The notes below the pieces were generated by a model that was not told where the DNA came from, did no database searches, and worked only from the letters and a program-made list of their open reading frames with translations. Of a stretch of DNA of 64,000 nucleotides, positions 10,552 to 19,383 are shown one piece after another. Each line of letters starts with the position of its first letter. The stretch's first letter is position 1. This stretch comes from a virus. Its lineage: Duplodnaviria > Caudoviricetes. The stretch is from positions 49,741-113,740 of IMG/VR virus record IMGVR_UViG_2940228231_000002. One strand, written 5' to 3'. Made by a program: the position numbers and the translations under genes.

Positions 10552-11328
10552 TTGCTCGCAAAGTGGTTTTACGAGAATGGGGCGAAAACGGTATTAGATA
10601 TAAGAAACAAGCTCAAGGAATGGGCGACAGAAAATGATTTCTATTTAACGGTGGCTATGAATCCAGTAGCCACCAGAGTAATAACTGGGGACATGAAATT
10701 GCTTGGCACCTCCCCCATCTACATAAACGATGAGGATGTCAAGCTTATTAAAAACAGATTCGACACTGAAAAAGAAAGGCTTGTGGCATTGTCCATCCTG
10801 TGCTATGCGAAGGCATACGCAGACAAGAAGAAAGAATTCAGATTGTCGAAGAACGCATTCTCATTATGGGTTGGCATTGATAAGAAAACGACGAGAAAGT
10901 ATATCAATGAAGCTATAGATGTGGAGTATATTACTCTTTGCGATAAGGGTTCAATTAACTCATGGTATCAAACTACTGTAGTGAGTCAGCTTGGCACATA
11001 TAAGATTGAGGCCCCGCTAGAAAATAGTGGGCAGTATGAACTTGTGGATAATAATATCTATGAATTGTACGATTTAATATTTGAGGGCATTGATCAGACG
11101 CAAGAAGTTTGGTATGGCATACCAGAATATAATGACTGGTATCAGATTAGTAATATGGGGAGAGTAAAAGTTTGCGAGCGAATAGTTGGCGATAGAGTTT
11201 TTAAGTCGAAAATTCTTAAGCCATATAAAAGTAGCAGCGGAAAAGAATATATTTATATGTATTCTGATCAAAAAAAGCAAGAAAGGGTCTGCCTCGAAAA
11301 ACTAAAGCGAGTAATTGCAACGGATTAA
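10552..11328 (+). CDS. Hypothetical HTH-like protein with a C-terminal NUMOD4 motif (frame is open from 10468)
   Basis: C-terminal EVWYGIPEYNDWYQISNMGRVK is NUMOD4-like; no HNH motif follows. Confidence 0.7.
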   Translation: MLAKWFYENGAKTVLDIRNKLKEWATENDFYLTVAMNPVATRVITGDMKLLGTSPIYINDEDVKLIKNRFDTEKERLVALSILCYAKAYADKKKEFRLSKNAFSLWVGIDKKTTRKYINEAIDVEYITLCDKGSINSWYQTTVVSQLGTYKIEAPLENSGQYELVDNNIYELYDLIFEGIDQTQEVWYGIPEYNDWYQISNMGRVKVCERIVGDRVFKSKILKPYKSSSGKEYIYMYSDQKKQERVCLEKLKRVIATD

Positions 11329-11421
11329 AGGGTATATGTGAAATCTAAGTATGAAAGTAAAAATAAAAGGGGAAAAAAGCAAGAAAGGATTTCAATACGA
11401 TACAAGGAGAATGGGATTAAT

Positions 11422-11595
11422 ATGATACTAATTACAAAAGACGAAGCGGAATTTATTAGAAAAAACTCTAAGAATTGTCGCATCGTCACAACTGGGAAAT
11501 CAAAAAACAAACGTCAAAAGAAACGGTACGTTGATGAGATTTCCGAAACATATAAGTTACTTCGCAAGTTTCACAAGAAGAAGAAAGTGAGGTAA
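11422..11595 (+). CDS. Small basic hypothetical protein
   Basis: MILITKDEAEFIRK...; AAGGAG RBS. Confidence 0.65.
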   Translation: MILITKDEAEFIRKNSKNCRIVTTGKSKNKRQKKRYVDEISETYKLLRKFHKKKKVR

Positions 11596-11600
11596 TATAT

Positions 11601-12800
11601 ATGGAAAACTTTAAACGCAAAGTTGGAGAGCCAGAAGATGCTTACATCTATAGAATCTGCTCAGACAAGAGTTCCATTGGTACATGGGAAGATGTTGCTT
11701 CCTTATTAAATGCGGAATTGGAACACAACTGGACTGAGTCAGCATATAGGAAGAAATATCAAGCTGGCATAAATTACATAATCACCAACCAAGATGAGTT
11801 GTTTAACAGTGAAGGATATCTACAAAAGATCAAAGATGAGCGAGACGCTCTAGAGAAAGAGAGATATAAACTTGCCACTGAAAAATTGGAAAGAAATCGT
11901 TGGTTGCGCGAAGAAGCTCGTGATGAATTGTTTCAGGAAAAAGTTCTTGAGGCGATTGATAGAAATGTTGGGAACTCTAAACCGCCTTGCAGATTGCAGC
12001 TCAAGAGAGATGAAAGATGTGGAATTCTTGCTCTTGCAGATATGCACTTTGGGGCAGACTTTAAGATTTACGGCATTAATGAAGAAACGCTGAATGAATA
12101 TAGTCCAGAGATATTCTTTTTCACAATGGAGAAGTTATTTACTGAACTTTTGGATTACATCGCACTTCAAAGGCTAGATTATTTGAAGATATTCAATCTA
12201 GGAGATAGTTTAGATGGATTCTTAAGACATTCTCAAATATGGACACTGAGATACGGTGTCGTGGACTCTGCTATTATTCTCGGAGACTATTTAGCCAACT
12301 GGCTAAGGGAGTTATCAAGACATGTGGGCATTGAATACTACCAAACCAACGGAAACCACGGTGAGCTAAGATTGTTGGATGGCCGTAAAGGTGCACATAC
12401 GCATGAAAACATTGAAAAAATAGTTGAAGACATAATTGAGAGAGAAAACAAAGACAATTGTAATCTTGAGATTGTCAGAAACAAGTCTGGATTTATATTT
12501 ACAGAAGCAGTGGGCTTCAACATACTCGGTATTCATGGCGAGGTCAAAAAGTTGACAGATGCCATTAAAGATTATACCGATATATATGATACTAGAATTG
12601 ACTATCTTATCGCAGGACACAAGCACCACACAGAATTTACTAACTGTGGTACTCGTAAAGGCTGTATAGGAGTTGGGTCTATTATCGGCAGTGATGATTA
12701 TTCGCTGTCATTGAGAAAGACGGCTGATGCAACAGCATCTCTCGTCATATTTGAAAAAAACAAAGGAAAAACGGATGAGCACACATTTGTGCTTAATTAG
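11601..12800 (+). CDS. Calcineurin-like metallophosphoesterase with N-terminal HTH (SPbeta YonJ-like)
   Basis: Motifs ADMHFG, NLGDSLDG, GNHG, IHG and AGHKHH. Confidence 0.85.
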   Translation: MENFKRKVGEPEDAYIYRICSDKSSIGTWEDVASLLNAELEHNWTESAYRKKYQAGINYIITNQDELFNSEGYLQKIKDERDALEKERYKLATEKLERNRWLREEARDELFQEKVLEAIDRNVGNSKPPCRLQLKRDERCGILALADMHFGADFKIYGINEETLNEYSPEIFFFTMEKLFTELLDYIALQRLDYLKIFNLGDSLDGFLRHSQIWTLRYGVVDSAIILGDYLANWLRELSRHVGIEYYQTNGNHGELRLLDGRKGAHTHENIEKIVEDIIERENKDNCNLEIVRNKSGFIFTEAVGFNILGIHGEVKKLTDAIKDYTDIYDTRIDYLIAGHKHHTEFTNCGTRKGCIGVGSIIGSDDYSLSLRKTADATASLVIFEKNKGKTDEHTFVLN

Positions 12801-12821
12801 AAATGAAAAGAGGATGAGAAA

Positions 12822-13091
12822 ATGAAAGAATTGATTAACAAAGTCGCTGAGGCTAATGGAATCAGTAAACAGCTATCAAAGGAAGTATGCAAGTCTGTAT
12901 TTGAAATTCTTGCTGAGGAGCTTGCTGTTGGAAATACAGTCAAGATTAATAAGTTTGGAATCTTTGAAGTTCGTGTCAGAGAAGCAAGACAGGGATTCAA
13001 TCCAAATACAAGAGAAAAATTAGAGCTTCCAGAGAAAAAGTATCCATGGTTTAAGTCAGCAAAAGCACTTAAAGATATTGTCAGCGATTAA
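12822..13091 (+). CDS. hup: HU family DNA-binding protein
   Basis: ELINKVAE...KFGIFEVRVREARQGFNPNT...P.FKSAKALKD signature. Confidence 0.95.
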   Translation: MKELINKVAEANGISKQLSKEVCKSVFEILAEELAVGNTVKINKFGIFEVRVREARQGFNPNTREKLELPEKKYPWFKSAKALKDIVSD

Positions 13092-13168
13092 TTTCGCTAC
13101 ATATACAATGATGTCACTTCGTTGCGCCTACCCCCTTGTGCGATAGTGCGGAGTGGCATCAAATTCAT

Positions 13169-13242
13169 AGCGGTGTTGAGAAGTGGTATCTCATGGGACT
13201 CATTATCCCAAATCGGGTGTTCGACTCACCCCACCGCAACCA
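13169..13242 (+). tRNA. tRNA-Met(CAT), initiator-like
   Basis: Cloverleaf; anticodon arm TGGGA-CTCATTA-TCCCA; 1:72 mismatch; TTCGA T-loop; encoded CCA. Confidence 0.85.
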
Positions 13243-13422
13243 TTACTCGTCTACCATGTTGTAGAATGAGAAATCGGGCTTCGTAATGCGATTTCCGAAT
13301 TTTGTAAAGTCAACATTAAATAAGGCATTAAAAGATAATATCTTTATTATAGAGAGCACCTGTGCTGTCCGTATTTATAGGCTGTTGAGAGTTCAGCTTG
13401 CTTTAGCCTAGAAGTTTAATAC

Positions 13423-13499
13423 GCTGGTATAGTTCAGTTAGGTAGAATACTTGTTTTGTACTCAAGATGTCTGAGGTTCAAATCCTCATGCCAGCTCCA
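13423..13499 (+). tRNA. tRNA-Thr(TGT)
   Basis: Acceptor GCTGGTA/TGCCAGC; loop TT-TGT-AC; U discriminator; CCA. Confidence 0.88.
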
Positions 13500-13545
13500 A
13501 AATAAAACGATGATGGAGGCAGAGCCTTCTACCCTTTCCCCATTT

Positions 13546-13576
13546 GTTGAAGTAGCTCAATGGTGGAGCAACTGAC
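13546..13576 (+). pseudogene. 5' half of a tRNA (acceptor, D-arm, start of the anticodon stem)
   Basis: GTTGAAG TA GCTC AATGGTG GAGC A ACTGAC; no matching 3' half found downstream. Confidence 0.5.
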
Positions 13577-14218
13577 AAACTGGCAGAAGAACAGTCGGCA
13601 GGATTTCTCCTAAGCCTGTATCCAAAACGGAGATATAAGTACCTATAAAAATATATACTAAAGTAACTCAGTGCAAACATCACTAGTTAGGTGGTGCTGA
13701 GGCATACTGGTTGAGTCAGTTATGTAAAAGACGGATACGTCTTTTCTGTAGCTGCGCGTCTTTAAGCGATTTCTGACGTGTAGGCAAAACCGAAACTCAA
13801 GGTATGGCACTGCGTTTACTGCAATCAAACGCACGAGATGAATGGGCAACGCAATAGAAAGAGTGGTTAAAAGCCACTCCGAATCCAAGTTAGGTTTTAG
13901 TTGGTGACTGTAGCAAACCTTGGAAATACCAACAAGTTGTTTCCCAGTGAAAGAGAGAAATCTCTGTATAACATTCGTCGAAGTACGAGTAGGGTGGGGA
14001 TTTTATAATATTGCTTTATCAAACGAATATAAGCACAAAATAAAATTTTCTGAATTAATCCTGAAAGTTGAGGGTAAGCAACCCCTCCAAAGTTTAGCTC
14101 TTTGATGGGCGTGGTAAAGAAGTCACTAGGGTAGCTCCCTTAGGCTCAGACTTTATCTCCTTTGTGGCAGAATATGGTTGAAAGTAAGCAACAGCAGGCT
14201 GAAAAGACACTTTCTGTA
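13577..14218 (+). ncRNA. Large structured ncRNA, GOLLD/ROOL-like (boundaries approximate)
   Basis: ~640 nt between tRNAs with no credible ORF and many helices (GAGTGGTT/AGCCACTC, GTTGGT/ACCAAC, CCAAG/CTTGG, GAGGGT/ACCCTC). GOLLD and ROOL RNAs are known from phage tRNA clusters. Confidence 0.55.
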
Positions 14219-14241
14219 TATATTTTTATAGGTACTTTTGA

Positions 14242-14316
14242 AGCAGGGTGGAGCAGTGGTAGCTAGTCAGGTTCATACCCTGAAAGTCGCAGGTTCGAGT
14301 CCTGCCCCTGCAACCA
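14242..14316 (+). tRNA. tRNA-Met(CAT), initiator-like
   Basis: TCAGG-TTCATAC-CCTGA arm; 1:72 mismatch; CCA. Confidence 0.9.
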
Positions 14317-14378
14317 ACACCTTTCTACCAAGTGTAGAGAGGGTCTGTCGAAGAACTTCTAGTCCTTCGACCTTTATG

Positions 14379-14455
14379 GGAGAGGTAGCTCAGATGGAAG
14401 AGAAAAACTAGTATCACTAGGTGTGTCGTAGGTTCGAATCCCACCCTCTCCGCCA
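14379..14455 (+). tRNA. Atypical tRNA-like element (nominal anticodon ATC)
   Basis: Good acceptor GGAGAGG/CCTCTCC, T-arm and CCA, but an aberrant anticodon arm (CTAGT-ATC-ACTAG). Confidence 0.55.
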
Positions 14456-14483
14456 GAAGATATATTGTGATTTCATTTAGCCT

Positions 14484-14577
<94 letters not shown>

Positions 14578-14584
14578 ATCATGT

Positions 14585-14660
14585 AGGGGTATAGCTCAGT
14601 TGGTAGAGCTGTGGTCTCCAAAACCACGTGCCGTGGGTTCAAGTCCTACTGCCCTTGCCA
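14585..14660 (+). tRNA. tRNA-Trp(CCA)
   Basis: GTGGT-CTCCAAA-ACCAC; canonical cloverleaf; CCA. Confidence 0.93.
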
Positions 14661-14816
14661 CTTAGTAATATATTTGGAATAAAATCCACAATGGCTCCAG
14701 CTCAGACTAACGCCAAATAAGGAGTTCCTTGTAGGTGGTGCATGGACAACAACCACTCACGCATATGGGAGTATAACCCTTTTAGTCGGGGGAAAAGACC
14801 GTAAGCCCATAATTTT

Positions 14817-14841
14817 GCCAGACATCTGTCTGGCTTTTTTT
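14817..14841 (+). terminator. Intrinsic terminator
   Basis: GCCAGACA-TC-TGTCTGGC followed by a T-run. Confidence 0.7.
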
Positions 14842-14917
14842 GGTTCTGTAGTGTAAATGGTTAACACATCAGGGTTCATCCTGAAAAGTCCGAGTTCGAT
14901 CCTCGGCGGAATCACCA
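14842..14917 (+). tRNA. tRNA-Glu(TTC)-like with a 6-nt anticodon loop
   Basis: Glu-type acceptor GGTTCTG/CGGAATC; arm TCAGG-GTTCAT-CCTGA; CCA. Confidence 0.65.
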
Positions 14918-14945
14918 AAAAAGATAAAAGGAGAAAAGGAAAAAT

Positions 14946-15833
14946 ATGATTAACTATTATTGCCCTGATTTTTTCATGGGAATAAAAACATATTTACATC
15001 TTTGCGAAATGAAGCAAGTAGTCCCTACTGTGTTTTATGATGACGTTAATATTAAAGCCGTGTTTGGTAGTTTTCCAAACATGACTTGGAATGGTGGCGG
15101 GACTTTCTTTGGCCCGATGCTCGCAGATGTAAATGAGATTCGTAATGTATTTTCCGTCTATAAAAAATTGAATATCAAACTTCAATTAACAATGACCAAT
15201 GCACTCTTGGAAAAAGAAGATTGCTATGATAGATATGGAAATACCGTACTGCGAATTATAAGTGAAGAATATAGTGATGATTTTGAGATACTAGTCTCTT
15301 CCCCTATTTTAGAGGAATACATAAGGGAGAAATACCCGTCACTAAAAATTAGCAGAAGTATTATTGCAGCAAAAGATGATTGCGACTATAGTGAGGCGTT
15401 GAAGAAATACGAAAATGTGGTTATGCCAATTCGTCATTTGGAGAATTTTGAGCTATTGAATTCTTTTTCGCCAGAAGAAAAACGACACATAGAGCTATTA
15501 TGCAATGACCCCTGCCCTCGTGATTGTCCTAGACTATATACTCACTATCCAGAGTATGCGAAAGCTACACTGTTAATGGAGACACTGAACCCAAGTTTAA
15601 ACCCAGCGTTGAATTGCAATAATCATGTGCCACTATCTGAGAAGTCGCTGAGTGCGAACTCAAGAGTGACGTATGATGAAATCAAAGAAGTTTATGTCCC
15701 TATGGGATTTAGTGAATTCAAACTATCTGGCCGTGGAAATGTGGTCAATATAATTACTAGTATAGTGCCATACTTTATTAAACCTGAATATCAAGTCGGG
15801 GCTATCAAGCACCTGCTGATGAATAATCAGTAA
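14946..15833 (+). CDS. Peptidase U32-family-like Fe-S protein (paralog 1)
   Basis: WNGG motif; ELLCNDPCPRDC Cys cluster; C-terminal FKLSGR (U32 xKxEGR-like). Confidence 0.7.
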   Translation: MINYYCPDFFMGIKTYLHLCEMKQVVPTVFYDDVNIKAVFGSFPNMTWNGGGTFFGPMLADVNEIRNVFSVYKKLNIKLQLTMTNALLEKEDCYDRYGNTVLRIISEEYSDDFEILVSSPILEEYIREKYPSLKISRSIIAAKDDCDYSEALKKYENVVMPIRHLENFELLNSFSPEEKRHIELLCNDPCPRDCPRLYTHYPEYAKATLLMETLNPSLNPALNCNNHVPLSEKSLSANSRVTYDEIKEVYVPMGFSEFKLSGRGNVVNIITSIVPYFIKPEYQVGAIKHLLMNNQ

Positions 15834-15846
15834 AGGTTGGTGCACG

Positions 15847-17916
15847 ATGAATAAATTATTTGAAAGCCCGCCTAATGTCAGAGAGGGAAAAACTAAAGAA
15901 GAGCTACTTGAAATGTTAGAAGGAGAATTCTGGAGAAATAAATATGGAGATATTCATAACGGATTTGATCTGGAGATTATTGTATCTAGTGGCTGTAATT
16001 TAGGATGTCGTGGTTGTGACCACTTCTCCCCCATTGCTAATGAATGGTTTGTTGACGTTGGCACTCTTAAAGAAGAACTTTTAATGCTAAAAGAAAGACT
16101 TCCTATGATTAAGAATGTTTTTCTAATTGGAGGAGAGCCACTGTTACACCCAAATTTTGTAGACGTGGCATGTTTAACACGTGACATTTTTCCAAATAGT
16201 GATGTAATTACATATACTAATGGACTGCTCATGAATAGTTTCAGTGAAGAGGATTATATTACTTTTTCAGAAAAACGCATCAGCTTCATCATGACAAGAT
16301 ATCAAGTTGGATTTGATTATGAAAAAGCCAGTGCAAATCTGGATAAATATAAGATTAACAACAACTACACACACACTAAGCTGATATTTGGTGGTTATAC
16401 AGTAAATCCTGAAGGCACCGAAGATCAAACTCAGTTTTATACGTGTACAAAAACACAGACACCAGTGCTATCGCTAAAAGAAGGAAAGATATATAAATGC
16501 CCTTTTAGTTGTTGCTCTGGGAATATTACAAACATACATGAAAAGATAGTTATTCCTGAAACAGAAAATGATTATTTGGATATTAGAGAAATAACTATAG
16601 AAAGATTAGACGCATTCTGTCACACTCCAAACGATAGATGCAAATATTGTGTCGAGTCAGGAAGTGGGTCTTGGCTGTGGCGACCTTATGATGGAGATGA
16701 GAATTCTTACTTGTATAGTTTGAAAGATTATTATCTTTATGATTATGATCAATACAATCTCTTGATCAATAACAAAGACTACGCAGATACTATTTTAGAC
16801 AATGAAGAATTGTCTGCAAAGCTAGATTATAAATTTCATGAAAATGTTAGTAGTAAAATAATCAAAAGATATAAGTCAAGTAAGATTGACATTATTGTCC
16901 CCTTCTATAATTTGACGAATGAGATTATCTTACAGTTAATGGATACGCTGGCAAGTCAAACAATTATAGATGATTGTGTTGTCTACATGATTAGTGACGG
17001 AGATCCACGAGAAGCTGATATTTATTCTGCTTTCGACAGGGAATTCATAAACTGTGTAATGCTAAAAAATGAGGTTCGTGGTGGCCCAGGTGTTGCCCGT
17101 AATAAAGCCTTGGAATGCTGTTACGGAGAGTATATTTACTTTCTCGATGCAGACGATAGGTTTGCAGATAGCGACTCTTTAGAGCGACTATATGAGTTTG
17201 CCAAAGATGGTCAATATGAAATTGTAACACATGAGGTTATTGTTGAAGATAAGCATCATGAGTCAAATTTAAGCGACGACAGAAATATAACAAGGAATTT
17301 CTATTTAGGAGATTTTATCAGAGAAAATAAAATTCTGTTTCCCCCACTGCATTTTGGAGAAGATGGTTATCTTGCTAACTTGGCTCAACATCATAAAGCA
17401 AGAGAGGGATTTATTCCTTATAAGGCATATGTCTATAATAAAAACATCAACAGCGAGAAAGCATGTCGTAATGACTACTCTGACTCGGATGTAATGATTT
17501 GTACAATGATAAATAATTATTGTTGGGCAATGGACATTCATAGTCGAGGACTTGCTCAGAGTGTTGAGGATTTTTATATTCCATTTCTTAGACAGCTTGG
17601 AGATGAGTCATTTATTCAGAGCGACTCAAAAGAGAAAACAACTCTTAATTTAGCAGTTGCTTTGTGGCTTGGCGGAAGACTATACAATGATGTTTTGGTG
17701 AAGCTACCAAGTGGCTTCAAATTAAATGAAAGCGATATCAATATAGTTAATGTTGTCGTTCTCAAGCAAATCGAAGACAATGATTACGTGTTTGAGTTGG
17801 ATGGGCGCACATCACACACCTTATCTTCACTTGAAAAGAAAATAATGTCTATTCTAATGAAAAAAGATAGTCTAATAGTAAAATCAGCAGTGGATTATTT
17901 GAAGGGGTGGTTGTAA
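15847..17916 (+). CDS. Radical SAM-glycosyltransferase family 2 fusion protein
   Basis: N-terminal CNLGCRGC and GGEPLLHP with Cys-rich auxiliary region; C-terminal GT2 motifs IDIIVPFYN, GGPGVARN, YIYFLDADD and GED. Confidence 0.88.
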   Translation: MNKLFESPPNVREGKTKEELLEMLEGEFWRNKYGDIHNGFDLEIIVSSGCNLGCRGCDHFSPIANEWFVDVGTLKEELLMLKERLPMIKNVFLIGGEPLLHPNFVDVACLTRDIFPNSDVITYTNGLLMNSFSEEDYITFSEKRISFIMTRYQVGFDYEKASANLDKYKINNNYTHTKLIFGGYTVNPEGTEDQTQFYTCTKTQTPVLSLKEGKIYKCPFSCCSGNITNIHEKIVIPETENDYLDIREITIERLDAFCHTPNDRCKYCVESGSGSWLWRPYDGDENSYLYSLKDYYLYDYDQYNLLINNKDYADTILDNEELSAKLDYKFHENVSSKIIKRYKSSKIDIIVPFYNLTNEIILQLMDTLASQTIIDDCVVYMISDGDPREADIYSAFDREFINCVMLKNEVRGGPGVARNKALECCYGEYIYFLDADDRFADSDSLERLYEFAKDGQYEIVTHEVIVEDKHHESNLSDDRNITRNFYLGDFIRENKILFPPLHFGEDGYLANLAQHHKAREGFIPYKAYVYNKNINSEKACRNDYSDSDVMICTMINNYCWAMDIHSRGLAQSVEDFYIPFLRQLGDESFIQSDSKEKTTLNLAVALWLGGRLYNDVLVKLPSGFKLNESDINIVNVVVLKQIEDNDYVFELDGRTSHTLSSLEKKIMSILMKKDSLIVKSAVDYLKGWL

Positions 17917-18468
17917 TTGGTAATTATATTAAAATCTAATCAAATGACATTGGCTGAAATTCCGTTGTATCACAATAGTTTTGATCAAATCACTTTTGGC
18001 GATGATAAGGTTAAGGAAATTAGCATAGTTCATGAGATTAAGAATTCTGACGAGAAGGCTTTGGAAGAGTTATATAAAAAAATATCTGCTGTAGATTATC
18101 ATTCAGTAAACGAAGTCATTGTTTACTATGACAAAGATACTTATTTTTCGTTCAACGCACAAGTTAAGGGAGTATATTATCGTGTGCTCAGCTACCTGCG
18201 GGCAAGAAATATGGAACTCAATGAGTATTTGACCATTAGATTCGCAGAGGATAATAAAGTCTGTATAGGCAGAGATGAGGATTTTGTGTTTTGCGATCAA
18301 GCAAAATGCAACTATTATAAAAACAACTATTGTAAAAAATATAATGCCGAGCTAGATACGGCAAATACATATAACAAACCAATGATATGCGAAAGCTGTT
18401 ATTTGGAAATGTGGCCAGAGATTGGTCGCACTTTTCTTGGTAATATGGAAGCAAAGTACAAGAAGTAA
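17917..18468 (+). CDS. Hypothetical protein with Cys-rich C-terminus
   Basis: C..C....C.......C...CESC; translationally coupled within the operon. Confidence 0.7.
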   Translation: MVIILKSNQMTLAEIPLYHNSFDQITFGDDKVKEISIVHEIKNSDEKALEELYKKISAVDYHSVNEVIVYYDKDTYFSFNAQVKGVYYRVLSYLRARNMELNEYLTIRFAEDNKVCIGRDEDFVFCDQAKCNYYKNNYCKKYNAELDTANTYNKPMICESCYLEMWPEIGRTFLGNMEAKYKK

Positions 18469-18487
18469 AATGAAAGGAAGTGGCGAT

Positions 18488-18847
18488 ATGGCGCAATACA
18501 TATTTAGATTTAAATCAGGCGAAGAAACACTAGAAAGCGTTCTAGAGGGAGAATATTCTTTTTCCATTAGACAGCAAGGGAAGGGTTCTGAGAGTTTTGT
18601 AATCATGGGTTATTATAAAGACTATGACGCAGTTGAATCTGGCGGTTTAAAAGTTTTATATAATGATTTTGAAGAAGATATGACAGATTTAGAAATCTCT
18701 CTAGTTGAAGCGGCTAAGGAAGTTGTTGTCTTTAGGAGACCTATTGTTGGCGTAACTTATTTTGAAACTGAAAACCTAGAGAATAATGAAAAAGGATTTG
18801 GAATGACTGAAGGAGACTCTCTCAAAGCATCAATAAGGATAGAATAA
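18488..18847 (+). CDS. Hypothetical acidic protein
   Basis: RBS before MAQYIF; abuts the next gene. Confidence 0.7.
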   Translation: MAQYIFRFKSGEETLESVLEGEYSFSIRQQGKGSESFVIMGYYKDYDAVESGGLKVLYNDFEEDMTDLEISLVEAAKEVVVFRRPIVGVTYFETENLENNEKGFGMTEGDSLKASIRIE

Positions 18848-18848
18848 A

Positions 18849-19355
18849 ATGGGATTAATTAAAGACAATAATACGTCATGGAGTGACATAAAAACACTGT
18901 ACACAAATCTTAACACTGCTAGAACTAAGTTTGGATTTGAGACAGCTACAGTTCCAGAAAAAGAAGCGGAAATTACGACTCCAACGGATATAACAGATAT
19001 TAAGTCTTTAATTGAAGCAATGACTACTAATTCGTATGTTGGCAGTACAGCATCGACTGAAAGTGTTATAGTTCCAGCAAGTGGTGATATTATGCAACCA
19101 ACTCCGTTTACGGAAATGGAAACGATTATTCAAAATGTAAATGATACTTGTGCACATAATGCGTCGTATTTTGCGGGGAACTATGCATACAATTCATCTT
19201 TCAACTCTAGCAACTATGGATATAACTCGACTTTCAATTCAAGTAATTATGGCTTCAATTCGTCTTTTAATTCTAATTGGAATTCAGGCAATTATAGTTT
19301 TAATTCGTCTTTTAATTCAAACTGGAACTCTGGCAACTATAGCTTCAGAAGATAG
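18849..19355 (+). CDS. Putative modification substrate: ~100-aa leader-like domain plus Asn/Ser/aromatic repeat tail
   Basis: C-terminus GNYAYNSSFNSS NYGYNSTFNSS NYGFNSSFNSNWNSG NYSFNSSFNSNWNSG NYSFRR; lies directly upstream of two radical SAM genes. Confidence 0.75.
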   Translation: MGLIKDNNTSWSDIKTLYTNLNTARTKFGFETATVPEKEAEITTPTDITDIKSLIEAMTTNSYVGSTASTESVIVPASGDIMQPTPFTEMETIIQNVNDTCAHNASYFAGNYAYNSSFNSSNYGYNSTFNSSNYGFNSSFNSNWNSGNYSFNSSFNSNWNSGNYSFRR

Positions 19356-19383
19356 AAAAATTGAAAAAAGGAGTATATAAAAA

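Noticed and set aside
13546-14240. Intron-split tRNA
   Set aside because: No matching 3' tRNA half and no group I P7 elements were found in the intervening sequence.
19179-19352. DNA repeats as a CRISPR array or DGR template/variable repeat
   Set aside because: The repeats are in frame, vary synonymously and have no spacers; no cas or reverse transcriptase gene is in the window.
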